Below, piece after piece: positions 9,073 to 18,947 of a DNA stretch of 64,000 nucleotides (its first letter is position 1; every line of letters starts with the position of its first letter). The notes beneath the pieces are model-generated. The model saw nothing but the letters and a program-made list of their open reading frames with translations, ran no database searches and was not told where the DNA came from. This DNA is from a virus (lineage: Duplodnaviria; Caudoviricetes). The position numbers and the translations under genes are program-made. The stretch lies in IMG/VR virus record IMGVR_UViG_3300032170_000128, positions 3,072 to 67,071 of that record; one strand, 5' to 3'.

Positions 9073-12000
9073 CGGACCAAAACCTTAATCGGCACTTTCA
9101 AATCTCCGCTTCTGCCGGCCTTGTTGACCATCTTCACCACTTGACTGTAAAATCTCTCCTCCCCGATGTATGTCGTGATGTCGAAATAGTATCTGTCGGG
9201 AAGGGGAATGGACTCCGCCATGGTCTCCCGGAAAGCCTCCTTCATGACTGGTACGGGGGATATGACCTCGCCCGCTCCATGCCCGGCCTCTATGAGCGTG
9301 GGCTTGGGAAGCCATGCACCTTTCTCTGCTGAGGGGAACTTCTGTCCTGCGATCGCCGTCAGTTGGACCAGTCCGGCCGCGCCTACCAGTGCGGCCAGTA
9401 TGAAATTGAACGGCGGGATGGCACCCGTATAGGCCTTGGTCACCGCCTCCGCAATGTTTATGGCAGCCGTCACAAGGGATATCTTCTTCTGGGTCTCGAA
9501 CGCCTTCTTCTGAATCGCCTTCCTCTTCTTCTCGGTGTCCTTTTCCAGCTTCTCGTCGGCCGCAGCTTTCTTCTCATCCAGTGCCTCCAGCGCCTCTTCC
9601 TTCTCCGCCTCGCTCATCAGGCTGTTCTCTATCCTCTCCCTCTCGGCTTCGTACTGCTCGTCGGCCGCCTCCCTCCTGGCCTCGGTCTCGCTGTCCAGTG
9701 CCATTAGCTGGTTGTCGAAATGCGTCTGCGCCAGGGCGCCTATCTGAGAGAACAGGTTCGCCGTGGCCTGGCCTATGGCGTAAATTGCTTCCAAACCTGA
9801 TAGTTTCGCCTCTTCCTCAAGTGCTTTGCGCCGTGCATTATATTCTTCTTGCAATGCCGTCAGAAGAGAATAAAACAGTTCAGTTTCACCGTAGATTTTT
9901 TTATAAGATTCTTTCGTTCCCTCATACCATTCGTCCAGCTTCTCCAGTTGATAATCGAAGGCACTCATCGTGTATTGCTTCACGACATCCCTGTGTCCCT
10001 CGAGCCTCTCCTCGTAGGTATCATAGAATTCTCTGATCTTTTCAAGGCCTCTGCGCACCTGCCTCCCTCTCTCTTCCCATTGGTCCTTCACCGCCTTCGT
10101 CTGAGCCTTCTCAATCGCCTCCGTTTCGGTAGCATGGACTTTCTTGAGGAGGAGGAGTTCGTTTCCAACCGCCTTCTCAAGTGCTATCTTTTCGTCAGCA
10201 TAGGCTTCATCAAGACGGAGAAAGTCGTCTTTGCTCGCTTTTCCTTCCGCAACCTCCTTCTCAAGTGTCCCCTTGCGGGCTAGGTACATCTTCTCCAGAC
10301 CCGCTTTCGACGCCTCAAGCTCTTTCTTTAGTGCGGTCTCCCGGTCCTTGTATTTCTTCTCTGCTACCCATTTCGCATATTCGTACTCGCCCAGGGTCGC
10401 CCTCTTGAGTTCATTGACCAAGGCATCGTGGATGGAGACCAGCTTCTCCTTCATCTCGGCCGCCTTTTCCTTAAGGCCGTCGAAGGTGGCCGCTATTTTC
10501 TTAGCCGCCTCGTCGACTTTTCCAAAACTGTTGGGAAGGCGGATGGAAAGTTTTTTCCCTTCCAAGTCCACTTCTTTGACTCCGCCTGCGATGTCCAGCA
10601 ACAGGACTTTCAGGGTGGCGAATTTCGGGTCCTTGACTATCGTCTTCATGATGGAATCCCAGTCTCCGCCGAAACGCTTCATCAATTCGTTGAACTGCTC
10701 TAATGTCTCCCCCCCCTCCTTCTGCACAACAATCCAGAGTTTTTTGAAATTTTCCGCTGCATCGGCGAAGATGGTCGCCTCGTCGGCAAAATCTCTCATC
10801 TCTTTCTTTGCTTCTTTCAGGGTGTCAATCATGTCCTTTATTAACAATGCAATTCCGGTGATTGCCAAGGCCGCAAGACCGACCGGTCCGCACATTGCCG
10901 AGATAGCCCCTCCGAGCATGGTGAATCCAGTAACGAGACTCGGCAGTACCATCGCAAGAGGACCCAGGACGGTCAGCAGTAGCCCGACACCTGCGAATAT
11001 TTTCAGGATCGTGCCGGCCAACTTGGGATTTTCCTCGATCCATTTCTCGATTTTCCGGACCAAGCCCGATATCTTCTCTGCGATCTCTTTGACGGCCGGC
11101 GCCAGCTTCTCGCCCAGCGATATCGCCGCGATGCTGATGGCGTTCCAGGCAAGCTTCAGCTGGGCTGTGAGCGACTCCAGCTGCTTCTTCGCGACCTCCT
11201 CGGTCGTGCCCTGCGCGATTTTTAAATTGGCGTTGTATTCCTTTATCTTTTCGGATGTTCCCATGAGGGTCAGCAGGGCTCCCTGCGAACGCTCCTGGAA
11301 TCCCAGCATGGAGAGCTCTGACTTCTTCTGTTCCGCCGACATGGTTCCCAGCCTGTCTTCGAGTTGCCCGATGACAACGCCCATGTCATTCAGGTTTCCG
11401 CTGGCGTCAAACACGGCCACTCCGGCCTTCTTGAAACCCTCGCTGTTTTCCAAGGCCGCTCTCTGCAGGTCGCGCAGAACGATCGAATACTGCTCTCCCG
11501 CCACTTGGCCCTTCACTCCCTGGTCGGCGAATGCCGCCAGAACTGCAACCCCCGATTCGAGTTTGATGCCGTAAGCGCGCATCGCGGGGCCGGCCTTGTT
11601 CGTGAGGGCTTCGGAAAATTGGCCGACGCTCGCATTGGCCAGGGTGTTCGCCTTGACCAGGACATCGGATACCCTGAGCATGTTCTCCTGATTCTTCACC
11701 GCGTCCTTGCTCGACAGTCCCAGGGCACTTTGGGCATCCGTCAATAGGTCGGTGGCGCGGGCCAGTTCGAACGCACCCGCTTGCGCGAATCTGGTCACGA
11801 CCGGCAGTGCCGCGATCGACTGTTCGGCATCCAGCCCGGCGGAGGCCAAGTAGAAATAGGACTTCGCCAGCTCTTTGGCCGCAAATGTGGACTCGCGGGA
11901 CATCTGCTTGGCCGCGGCCGCCATCTTTTTCCTCATGTCGTCCGACAGATCGCCCATGATCGCCGTGGACTCCGTCATCGCATTGTCGAAGTCGGCGAAT

Positions 12001-12182
12001 GCTTTCACGAGGCCCACCGTCATGCCTGTGATGGCCGCGCCGGCGACGGTCATCCTCCTGCCAGCCTTTCTGAACTGGTCGGCGTTTTTCTGGATGGTCG
12101 ATTCCGCTTTTTTGAATCCGGCCTCCATCGCCGAAACATCAACCCCTATTTTGATCAAGAGTGATTTTACAGTTGTGGCCAT
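9069..12182 (-). CDS. Tape measure protein, TP901 family (1037 aa)
   Basis: TP901 core (FDNAMTES.A...YFYLASAGLDA...AGPAMRAYGIKLESGVAVLAAFADQGVKG), hydrophobic segments and long coiled coil. Confidence 0.93.
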   Translation of the reverse strand: MATTVKSLLIKIGVDVSAMEAGFKKAESTIQKNADQFRKAGRRMTVAGAAITGMTVGLVKAFADFDNAMTESTAIMGDLSDDMRKKMAAAAKQMSRESTFAAKELAKSYFYLASAGLDAEQSIAALPVVTRFAQAGAFELARATDLLTDAQSALGLSSKDAVKNQENMLRVSDVLVKANTLANASVGQFSEALTNKAGPAMRAYGIKLESGVAVLAAFADQGVKGQVAGEQYSIVLRDLQRAALENSEGFKKAGVAVFDASGNLNDMGVVIGQLEDRLGTMSAEQKKSELSMLGFQERSQGALLTLMGTSEKIKEYNANLKIAQGTTEEVAKKQLESLTAQLKLAWNAISIAAISLGEKLAPAVKEIAEKISGLVRKIEKWIEENPKLAGTILKIFAGVGLLLTVLGPLAMVLPSLVTGFTMLGGAISAMCGPVGLAALAITGIALLIKDMIDTLKEAKKEMRDFADEATIFADAAENFKKLWIVVQKEGGETLEQFNELMKRFGGDWDSIMKTIVKDPKFATLKVLLLDIAGGVKEVDLEGKKLSIRLPNSFGKVDEAAKKIAATFDGLKEKAAEMKEKLVSIHDALVNELKRATLGEYEYAKWVAEKKYKDRETALKKELEASKAGLEKMYLARKGTLEKEVAEGKASKDDFLRLDEAYADEKIALEKAVGNELLLLKKVHATETEAIEKAQTKAVKDQWEERGRQVRRGLEKIREFYDTYEERLEGHRDVVKQYTMSAFDYQLEKLDEWYEGTKESYKKIYGETELFYSLLTALQEEYNARRKALEEEAKLSGLEAIYAIGQATANLFSQIGALAQTHFDNQLMALDSETEARREAADEQYEAERERIENSLMSEAEKEEALEALDEKKAAADEKLEKDTEKKRKAIQKKAFETQKKISLVTAAINIAEAVTKAYTGAIPPFNFILAALVGAAGLVQLTAIAGQKFPSAEKGAWLPKPTLIEAGHGAGEVISPVPVMKEAFRETMAESIPLPDRYYFDITTYIGEERFYSQVVKMVNKAGRSGDLKVPIKVLVR

Positions 12183-12183
12183 G

Positions 12184-12520
12184 TTATTTGATTCCTAACC
12201 TCTTTTTTATGCCCTCAAGCTCCTTCCTTGCTTCCTTCTTGGTCATCCTTTCTTTTCTGGGAAGGAATACATCGGGAATAAGCATCTCCGGTTTTATCCT
12301 CCGCCCTCTCCTGACATGGGGGAGGAGCAGGATTGAGGTGAAATGCGCCATCATGTACCACAGGTCCTTCCGGCGCTCGTTCTCGACTTCTGCGGCCAAG
12401 GCCAGCTCCGAGGGCATCAGAGTGCCGAAATCGGTGTCCCTGATGATCCCTAACCGCGCGGCTGTTTTTCTTTGGCTTTGGAGCCAGTCCCTATGGATGA
12501 TGATTCTAAAATTTTTTTTT
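12184..12520 (-). CDS. Tail assembly chaperone C-terminal (GT-type) extension reached by -1 frameshift
   Basis: -1 frame is open from the A9 tract at 12512-12520 (KKNFRIIIHRDWLQSQRKTAARLGII...MPSELALAAE) to stop at 12184. Confidence 0.75.
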
Positions 12521-12878
12521 GAGCATCGGCTGCCGCCTTTTCCACAGCCTTCTTGATGGGGATCTCTTCCAGTCCGCTCTGGGCGAAGATGGCGTTTACA
12601 ACCAATTGCAAGATGTCCATGATCGTGTGCTTCCCTGACCTTATGCTCTGGTTGAGCAGGTTTTTCACCGTCGCTTCATCGAGTGCGGCATCCTCCCAGA
12701 GAAGTCCGACATAAGCCAGGAAGGGCATCTCCGCATAAGTGGCCTTAAGCTGCATGGGATTGAAGTCCTCCTTGTCCTTTCCCTTCGGACCGTACTTTTC
12801 CACTATGATGTCCCATGCGTCGAAGTCGTAGATGAGCTTCCTCGGCCGGTCGAGGTTCAGGATGTAATCCTTCATCAC
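12450..12878 (-). CDS. Tail assembly chaperone (G-type)
   Basis: Position between tail tube and tape measure; slippery CAAAAAAAAATTTT near 3' end. Confidence 0.8.
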   Translation of the reverse strand: MMKDYILNLDRPRKLIYDFDAWDIIVEKYGPKGKDKEDFNPMQLKATYAEMPFLAYVGLLWEDAALDEATVKNLLNQSIRSGKHTIMDILQLVVNAIFAQSGLEEIPIKKAVEKAAADAQKKILESSSIGTGSKAKEKQPRG

Positions 12879-13207
12879 GGCAACCTGACAATGCCGATTG
12901 TTACACTGGTGACGGCGGAATAGGAAATCTGGACTTTGTTGCCGGGGTCATTGAATCGACTTTTGGGAAATGGACCGATGAACTTCTCGCCCGAAGTGGC
13001 TGGAATATTGACTACAATATCGTGGTCAACACCCTGATTGCAGTCCACCTGAGAGTCGATTGTCACATCCATCGCCGCCGCGTCCCCGTTTTTGATGTGG
13101 ATGAAGTCGCGGCCGCTGTTCACGAACTCGTCTCCGCCGGCCGCCGCCGCTTCCAATGACGGGGTTATGCCAAGCAATGTGATTACTTGCGGTGTTAGTG
13201 TTGCCAT
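12875..13207 (-). CDS. Small conserved virion-like protein (110 aa)
   Basis: GGAGG RBS; beta-rich, F(I)GPFP motif; lies within tail operon. Confidence 0.65.
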   Translation of the reverse strand: MATLTPQVITLLGITPSLEAAAAGGDEFVNSGRDFIHIKNGDAAAMDVTIDSQVDCNQGVDHDIVVNIPATSGEKFIGPFPKSRFNDPGNKVQISYSAVTSVTIGIVRLP

Positions 13208-13227
13208 TCTTTACCTCCTATTTCAGA

Positions 13228-13632
13228 TTAAGTCTTTGCAAGCGCGGCTGTCCCCTTGAGGGAGAAAGACACGGTTGACACATCGCCGTCGGGTCCGGTG
13301 CCGGACAGCCCCTCGATGCTCGCCAAGCCCATATAAACATGGGCCGGGGTGATGATCTGGAACTGCCTCTGCTCGTTGGCATCGAAAGCACTCTCGAGTT
13401 CCAGGAAGCCGGCATCGTCCTCGATCAGGAAAGCGTCGAAGGAGATCGACCAGTTCCTGCGACCGGGGAGGTTCTCCTCCCAGCCCGCCGAGTCCTTGTC
13501 CGTGACATCCCTGGTTGCGGCGCCCCGATCGAGCGTGCAGTCCTTCTGTCCGCCGAGCTTTGTCCAGACCGGGCTTGCCTCTGTTCCCGTGTTTATCTTC
13601 ACATAAACATCTTCGCCTTTTACTTTGGCCAT
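13228..13632 (-). CDS. Major tail tube protein, TP901-1 type
   Basis: KGEDVYVK...LGGQKDCTLDRGA...DVTDKDSAGWEENLPGRRNWSISFD...SFSLKGT pattern. Confidence 0.9.
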   Translation of the reverse strand: MAKVKGEDVYVKINTGTEASPVWTKLGGQKDCTLDRGAATRDVTDKDSAGWEENLPGRRNWSISFDAFLIEDDAGFLELESAFDANEQRQFQIITPAHVYMGLASIEGLSGTGPDGDVSTVSFSLKGTAALAKT

Positions 13633-14099
13633 TACTTCACCTCCTGTTTTGATTTCTTCTTCTCAGGCGTCTTGGAAGCCGGCTTCGGTTCAGGAGCCGG
13701 TTCTTTCTCGGCTTCCGGTTCCGCCTCGGGCATCGGCTCCTCGGCATAGTCCAGTTTCCTGGTCCTGAAAATGTAGGTCACCTTGCCGGTGAACGACCTG
13801 TGCCGATGCACCCGCAGAACACCCGAGAGGCTTACCGCGTGGAGCCACAGGCACCAGCTCCCGGCCTCCATGTCCTCCTTCCCGACCCGGATCATGTAGT
13901 CGACGGCATCCGAGGCCGCCTGCCTGGTCGCGGAGAAGACGGACACGGTGTATCTGAATTCACGGTCTCCGCCGGCCTGCCTGAGGTCCGCCTTCATGTC
14001 CGGGCAGACGGCGAAGGAGTCGGGAATCTTTTTCTGCGGGAACGATTTGAACACCGGCAAATCCTTGACCCTTTCGTAGATAACTTTGCCTAAATTCAT
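13632..14099 (-). CDS. Hypothetical tail-region protein with Pro/Glu-rich tail
   Basis: AAGGAGG RBS before ATG 14099. Confidence 0.65.
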   Translation of the reverse strand: MNLGKVIYERVKDLPVFKSFPQKKIPDSFAVCPDMKADLRQAGGDREFRYTVSVFSATRQAASDAVDYMIRVGKEDMEAGSWCLWLHAVSLSGVLRVHRHRSFTGKVTYIFRTRKLDYAEEPMPEAEPEAEKEPAPEPKPASKTPEKKKSKQEVK

Positions 14100-14228
14100 A
14101 TCAATACCTCCTTTGTATGGGGGCAATATCCGTAAAGTCCTAACACATCTCGCCCATTTTCCTCATAGACATTCCCTCAAGGACATACTTCTGATGAAGC
14201 CACTCTCTATTTCTGTATAGCATCTCTT

Positions 14229-14624
14229 TCATGCCCGTAGCTCCTCGATCAGGTACCTAAAACGAACCACCGAATGGCGGGTCTTCTCGTCCTCTCTGAA
14301 GCTGTTGGCCGAATCCAGCCTGTGCAACACGATCCGGAACTCATCGCCCAGGTCGAGTTCCCAGTCTTCGGTCAATGCCCTGACGACCTGGTCTTTTATG
14401 TCCTTGGCCTCCTTCATCCCCTGCCAGCGCGAATAGATGTGGATTGTATGGGTCACTTCCTCGCCGGGTTCCGACTTGGCCGACCAGTCGACTTCCGTGT
14501 CCTCGCCTATGGCGACGAATGGGAATGGAGCTTCGTTGTCGACATGGTCGTATACCTCGACGGAGAGCCGAGACTTGAGCCTCGCAAGGATGGCTTTCTG
14601 CAGGGGCCATGCCGGCGACTTCAT
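14229..14624 (-). CDS. Tail completion/terminator protein (DUF3168, SPP1 gp17-like)
   Basis: LQKAILARL...VYDHV...PFPFVAIGE...TIHIYSRWQGMKEAKDI pattern. Confidence 0.85.
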   Translation of the reverse strand: MKSPAWPLQKAILARLKSRLSVEVYDHVDNEAPFPFVAIGEDTEVDWSAKSEPGEEVTHTIHIYSRWQGMKEAKDIKDQVVRALTEDWELDLGDEFRIVLHRLDSANSFREDEKTRHSVVRFRYLIEELRA

Positions 14625-15085
14625 TTCCGCCCCCCTTTCTCGAGCCTCTTCTTCAGCTCCCTGAAGAATTCAGGCATGGTGGCCTCGTATGCGGGAAAAA
14701 GATGTGGCCTCGCCTCCAGCCCTTTCTCGGCTATGGCCTTGCACACCGGCCAGGCGGACTCGAACCCGTGCCTCCTCGCCCAGCTCTCCAGAGCCTTCAT
14801 GGGCGGGAAGTGGGGACGCGTCCCGAATTCCACGAAAAGCGCATATGCCAAATTCGACCCGACCTCGGCCGCATGGCCGCCTTCGATTATGTCGATCGTG
14901 TACGAACCTGCCAGATGGCCAGTGTCCCAGGCCTTCAGTTCGCGGAGGTTCTCCTTGGTCCGCCTCTCGATTGTCTCCGCGCAGTCTTTTATCTTCTCCT
15001 TCGAAGCTTCGTCCGACCTGATGGACTGGTATCTGACCTCGTCGAGCACCTCTTTCATGCCCTCCAGCGTGACCTTCACCTTCAT
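14621..15085 (-). CDS. HK97 gp10-family neck protein
   Basis: DTGHLAGS...GSNLAYALFVEFGT...ARPHLFPAY motifs. Confidence 0.9.
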   Translation of the reverse strand: MKVKVTLEGMKEVLDEVRYQSIRSDEASKEKIKDCAETIERRTKENLRELKAWDTGHLAGSYTIDIIEGGHAAEVGSNLAYALFVEFGTRPHFPPMKALESWARRHGFESAWPVCKAIAEKGLEARPHLFPAYEATMPEFFRELKKRLEKGGRK

Positions 15086-15405
15086 CGTTTGCCTCTTATG
15101 TAGACTTTCATGTAGTTCGCCCTTCCGGACCCGTTCTGCACGAAGGTGATGTCGAAGACCGCCCCTTCGTACTTGGCCCTGTCTTTTTCAGTGAGGCCGT
15201 CGAGCCGCCCGCACAGGACTATCAGGTCGGCTATTATCTCCGCCTTGTCGAGGTACATGTCTTTGCCCGACCTCGCGGGCTTCACCCAGCAGGGGACATC
15301 CGAATACAGTGTTGTCCAGGTCTCCTCCTCGTAGCCGCCCCCGCCGTCCGGAACCCTCTCGGACAGCGTCTCGAAATCGATCGTCTTGTCGAATTGTTCC
15401 TTCAT
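15082..15405 (-). CDS. Head closure/head-tail adaptor (SPP1 gp16-like)
   Basis: DGGGGYEEETW, DRAKYEGAVFDI motifs; synteny. Confidence 0.8.
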   Translation of the reverse strand: MKEQFDKTIDFETLSERVPDGGGGYEEETWTTLYSDVPCWVKPARSGKDMYLDKAEIIADLIVLCGRLDGLTEKDRAKYEGAVFDITFVQNGSGRANYMKVYIRGKR

Positions 15406-15415
15406 GCTTCAATCC

Positions 15416-16315
15416 TCATGCCTGGAGTCCGACCTTCCTCTTGACATGCCTTTTCAGGATCCGGTCGACCGCGATTATCCCCGTGTAGACCTTCTCCGGG
15501 TTGGTATACCTGAAATCCCCCCCTCCTATCGACTCGGAGCCTTTGATCCAGTGGCTGTGGAGGATGGGGTTGTGGATATCCTCTATCATCATGACCACCG
15601 CCCTTCTTATATCGTGCGGGCAGGAACTCGCACCGCAGGCGCCTGTGACGCGGATGTTCTTGATGCCGCGGGGGAAGAGCCTGTAAACACCGGTCTCCCT
15701 GAGCAGATGCTTGAACTCCGCCTGGCTGACCGCGATGTGGCTGATGTGGACTGAGTTCTTGTCGCAGGTCCAGAACAACGGATCCATGGACACTCCATAT
15801 ACTTCGATGCTCGTGACGGAGAGGATATCGGGCATAAGTCCCAGGAACAGCCGGTCCTTCGAGTTCCCGTCCGACTCCGCCACGAAGGCTTTCTCGTAAA
15901 AGTAATCGTGCGTTATCTTCTCGACCAGGGCTTCCACCTCCTCTACGAGCCGCCTCTTCTGGGCGGCCTCCCATGCGGCAGGCCAATTCGACACCTCCTG
16001 CTCTATCGACTTGAGCGACTGGGCGTTGTCAGCTCCCAGACAGTCCGTCTCCTCCCTGTCGGCCAGCAGGGTGGAAGCGGTCGTGGATGCTCCCAGGAGC
16101 GTTGCAACCCAGTCATCCAGTTTGTTTATCTCCGTGACCAGCTTCGTCAAAGTGTCGTATTGAGTATTCTTCAGGTCCAGCTCGGTGGGGGTTCCGTCCT
16201 TCGTGAGCGTGAGGGTATTGATGCTCAGCTTCACCATGGCCGAGGTTACGGCATCGCAGTAGACGCTCAGGGCATCATCGTCGGTCAGATAGTTTCCTTC
16301 GTAGCTTTCCGTCAT
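15416..16315 (-). CDS. Head-tail connector (SPP1 gp15-like) with N-terminal extension
   Basis: EALVEKITHDYF...NIRVTGACG...PHDIRRAVVMMI pattern; first gene after capsid. Confidence 0.7.
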   Translation of the reverse strand: MTESYEGNYLTDDDALSVYCDAVTSAMVKLSINTLTLTKDGTPTELDLKNTQYDTLTKLVTEINKLDDWVATLLGASTTASTLLADREETDCLGADNAQSLKSIEQEVSNWPAAWEAAQKRRLVEEVEALVEKITHDYFYEKAFVAESDGNSKDRLFLGLMPDILSVTSIEVYGVSMDPLFWTCDKNSVHISHIAVSQAEFKHLLRETGVYRLFPRGIKNIRVTGACGASSCPHDIRRAVVMMIEDIHNPILHSHWIKGSESIGGGDFRYTNPEKVYTGIIAVDRILKRHVKRKVGLQA

Positions 16316-16377
16316 GATCGGCCATCCTTATCGGCAGGCATGATATGACACGGCATCTTGCACGCCAATCCTTCCCC

Positions 16378-16396
16378 TCTCCCCAGGAAGGGGAGA
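16378..16396 (-). terminator. Hairpin after major capsid gene
   Basis: TCTCCCC-AGGAA-GGGGAGA perfect 7-bp stem within a larger imperfect repeat; U tract weak. Confidence 0.4.
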
Positions 16397-16472
16397 AGGA
16401 CCGGATCCGAGGCTTTCCTCCTCTTAACCCGGCTGGGTTAGTTCCTGCCTGAGTCCCGGCTTTTGTGTGCTA

Positions 16473-17741
16473 TTATCTGACCTTGAGGTTCTTGATGAAT
16501 ACGCATGCGTTCAGGTTCTCAATCGCGATGTCGGAGCGTATGGAGTAGAAGAAGTAGGTCGACTCCTCAGCCGCCTCCCTCTGGGTCTCCATCTTGATGT
16601 CCCTCTGCAATCCGATAATCAGGTTGTTCTTGTGTGTTAAAATGCAGTCGCTTCCATCCAGGGTGACTTCCTGGACCGGCTCGGCATCTGTTCCCTCATG
16701 CAGCCACTCGAGATTATCTACCAGAGTCAGAGATACTCCGGCCTCAATCGAAGCGATCTCCCCGATCTCGGATTTGTACTCGAGGGCATCTTTGTGGATC
16801 CAGACATAGTCGCCGACTGTGAAATTGTCTGTAGCGGCTACATTGAGAACCTTCTGACCCGCGGCTGAGTCCGCATCGACTGTCGTATCGCCCCCGCCTG
16901 TTACGAAGACCGGAAGGTCAGTCGGGAAAAGCGGTGCTGAAACGATGGGAACTTTTCCATACTGGATAGCCCCATCACCCAGAATGGCCTTGTCGCCGAG
17001 CACAGTCGCACGTGCGGCAAGGGCATCGATGTAGTCCTGCACGAGCTGGTCGTTCATGAAAAACCTGAAGTTCGCGAGTCCGAGCCTCTTGTACTTTGAG
17101 GGAAGGCTCTTCAGCGCCTTTGAGAACTTGAACTCCCAATCAAAGGGTGCATCCCCGGTATGCTCTGCTATGTATCCGTTGGTGTTCGTGAAGTCGGTGC
17201 TGAGACGGGCATCCAGTTTGGTGGCCGAACCGGTCACCTTATTGGTCTGGGTAAGGATCCTGTGTCTCCAGCCGTTCCAGACATCAAGCATGGTCTTGGG
17301 TTCGTCCTCACCGGCAACCATAGTGGAAAGGAAGTAGGCGAGTGCCAGTTCGTTTCCGATCTGGGCTCCAATCATCTTCAGGAGATGGTCAATGAAGGCC
17401 TCTCCCTCGATGTTGTCCTCGAGGTCGTCGTCATGGACTACTGCCGCCCCCCTTGCCTTCTTCGAGTTGAGGACAATCAGGTCGTGTACGATACTGGTCT
17501 TGTACTTGGCCGCGCCGAAGGCCGCCTCTGGCCACAGCATATCGCCCACGCTCAGGCCGATGGCCCGGAGGTTCCTTGAGCTCTTGGCCATCTTCACCAT
17601 TCTGGCGTGGTCCTTGAGCACGGACTGGTCGATGATGTAGTCCAGGAATCGGTCAGCCTCCTCCGGCGTGAAAGCAATATCGGTAGGGAACATCCCTTTC
17701 TTGATTGCTGCCTTGGACAGCAGGTTCTTTGCTGTTTTCAT
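16473..17741 (-). CDS. Major capsid protein (HK97 fold) with inserted beta-rich domain
   Basis: FTPEEADRFLDYIIDQS, GNELALAYF, NLIIGLQRDIKMETQRE...YFFYSIRSDIAIEN; follows scaffold. Confidence 0.9.
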   Translation of the reverse strand: MKTAKNLLSKAAIKKGMFPTDIAFTPEEADRFLDYIIDQSVLKDHARMVKMAKSSRNLRAIGLSVGDMLWPEAAFGAAKYKTSIVHDLIVLNSKKARGAAVVHDDDLEDNIEGEAFIDHLLKMIGAQIGNELALAYFLSTMVAGEDEPKTMLDVWNGWRHRILTQTNKVTGSATKLDARLSTDFTNTNGYIAEHTGDAPFDWEFKFSKALKSLPSKYKRLGLANFRFFMNDQLVQDYIDALAARATVLGDKAILGDGAIQYGKVPIVSAPLFPTDLPVFVTGGGDTTVDADSAAGQKVLNVAATDNFTVGDYVWIHKDALEYKSEIGEIASIEAGVSLTLVDNLEWLHEGTDAEPVQEVTLDGSDCILTHKNNLIIGLQRDIKMETQREAAEESTYFFYSIRSDIAIENLNACVFIKNLKVR

Positions 17742-18722
17742 TTATTTTCCTCCTTCTTCTGGAAAGAACGAAGGCCACTTGGAACTTTTCTCCGTCTCGT
17801 CCTCATCCTGGCCCTTGAGGCTCTTCTTGGTCCCTTTCTTCTCCTCCAGCTGTTTGACTCTTTTCTTCAGACCCTCCATTTCCTTCTCGACTTCCTCCTC
17901 CTCTTTTTCTTTTTCCTCTTCCTCCTCTTCCTCGTCCTCTTCGTCTTCTACCTTCTCTTTCTTTGTCTTCACCTTTTTCTTTTTCTCTTCCTCCGCCTCT
18001 GCCTTTTTCTCGAAGAGCTTGTCCATCTTTTCCGAGAGACTGTCCATCTTCTCCTCTATGAGGATAATCTCAGCCGATTTCTGGGCATCTGTTTTGATGA
18101 GGGACTCGAGAGCAATTATCGCCTTCTCCAGCGTCTTGTATTTCTCCACTGCGTTCTTGATCAGTTCCCTTGTGGCTTTCGATAGCTTCGCTCCGGCCTT
18201 CTCCACATCCTCTTCTTCCCCCTCTTTCTCTTCCTTCTCTTTCTTTGCGGGGTATCCGTAGCCGTAAGCGGCGTATTTGGCGAGTGTGTTGATGCACTCC
18301 TTGATCTCATCGGGGAAGTCTGCTTTGAACTTGCTCAGAGTGGCTACCACCGCCTTGAGTGCTTTGGCCGCATCGGGCGGGATCACCTTCTCCGCCTTCT
18401 CGAGCTTCTCCATTTCCTCGTCGGTCAGTTCGTCCTCTCCGATGAAATCCTTTATCATTTCTGACAATTTTTTCTTCATGGTCTTTTCTCCTTTTCTCTT
18501 GGAAATTATTTTGACGGCAGAATCTTCAAGAGACTCTCCGCATCCAGGACACTCCTCGCTAGCACTTTTAAAAAAGTCTACGAGGGCTTCCTCATGCCCG
18601 CACTCGCAGACGAGATAGTTTCCATCGCCTGCGGCTTTCGTGAAGAGGAACTTCCTCTTCGTGGCGGGCACATCGACAAGAGATATTTCCTCAGGCTCAA
18701 TCTCTTCCAATCTGTTGGGCAT
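17742..18722 (-). CDS. Scaffolding protein
   Basis: N-terminal EISLVDVPA motif, small CxC...CxxC knuckle, then Glu/Lys-rich coiled coil; directly upstream of capsid. Confidence 0.8.
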   Translation of the reverse strand: MPNRLEEIEPEEISLVDVPATKRKFLFTKAAGDGNYLVCECGHEEALVDFFKSASEECPGCGESLEDSAVKIISKRKGEKTMKKKLSEMIKDFIGEDELTDEEMEKLEKAEKVIPPDAAKALKAVVATLSKFKADFPDEIKECINTLAKYAAYGYGYPAKKEKEEKEGEEEDVEKAGAKLSKATRELIKNAVEKYKTLEKAIIALESLIKTDAQKSAEIILIEEKMDSLSEKMDKLFEKKAEAEEEKKKKVKTKKEKVEDEEDEEEEEEEKEKEEEEVEKEMEGLKKRVKQLEEKKGTKKSLKGQDEDETEKSSKWPSFFPEEGGK

Positions 18723-18792
18723 GGAAATTTACCTCCACAGATAGAGTTGTGGTGTTCCTTGGTGGGGGGGTGTTCCCTTTTGCTTTTTAAAC

Positions 18793-18844
18793 AAAAAAAA
18801 GCGATGCCAAGGAACTAACTATCGTAGCTATCTCGGCATCGCTT
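18793..18844 (-). terminator. Intrinsic terminator-like hairpin in leader of scaffold/capsid genes
   Basis: Minus strand AAGCGATGCCGAG...CTTGGCATCGCTT stem running into a T tract. Confidence 0.6.
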
Positions 18845-18914
18845 CAGAGCATGAGCAAATGCGACTGGCGCTTTCTCATCTAAGCAAGCGATCCAGAACC
18901 TACTCTCAGTTTAT

Positions 18915-18944
18915 AAACTAAGGACCTTTAACTTACATTGTCAA
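18915..18944 (-). promoter_or_regulatory. Candidate late promoter upstream of scaffold gene
   Basis: Minus strand TTGACA-18 nt-TAGTTT. Confidence 0.4.
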
Positions 18945-18947
18945 GTT

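Noticed and set aside
15402-15986. Alternative-frame - strand ORF of 194 aa
   Set aside because: Lies inside the head-tail connector gene; Arg/Gly/Pro-rich with no motif, unlike the genuine dual-coding case at 56316.
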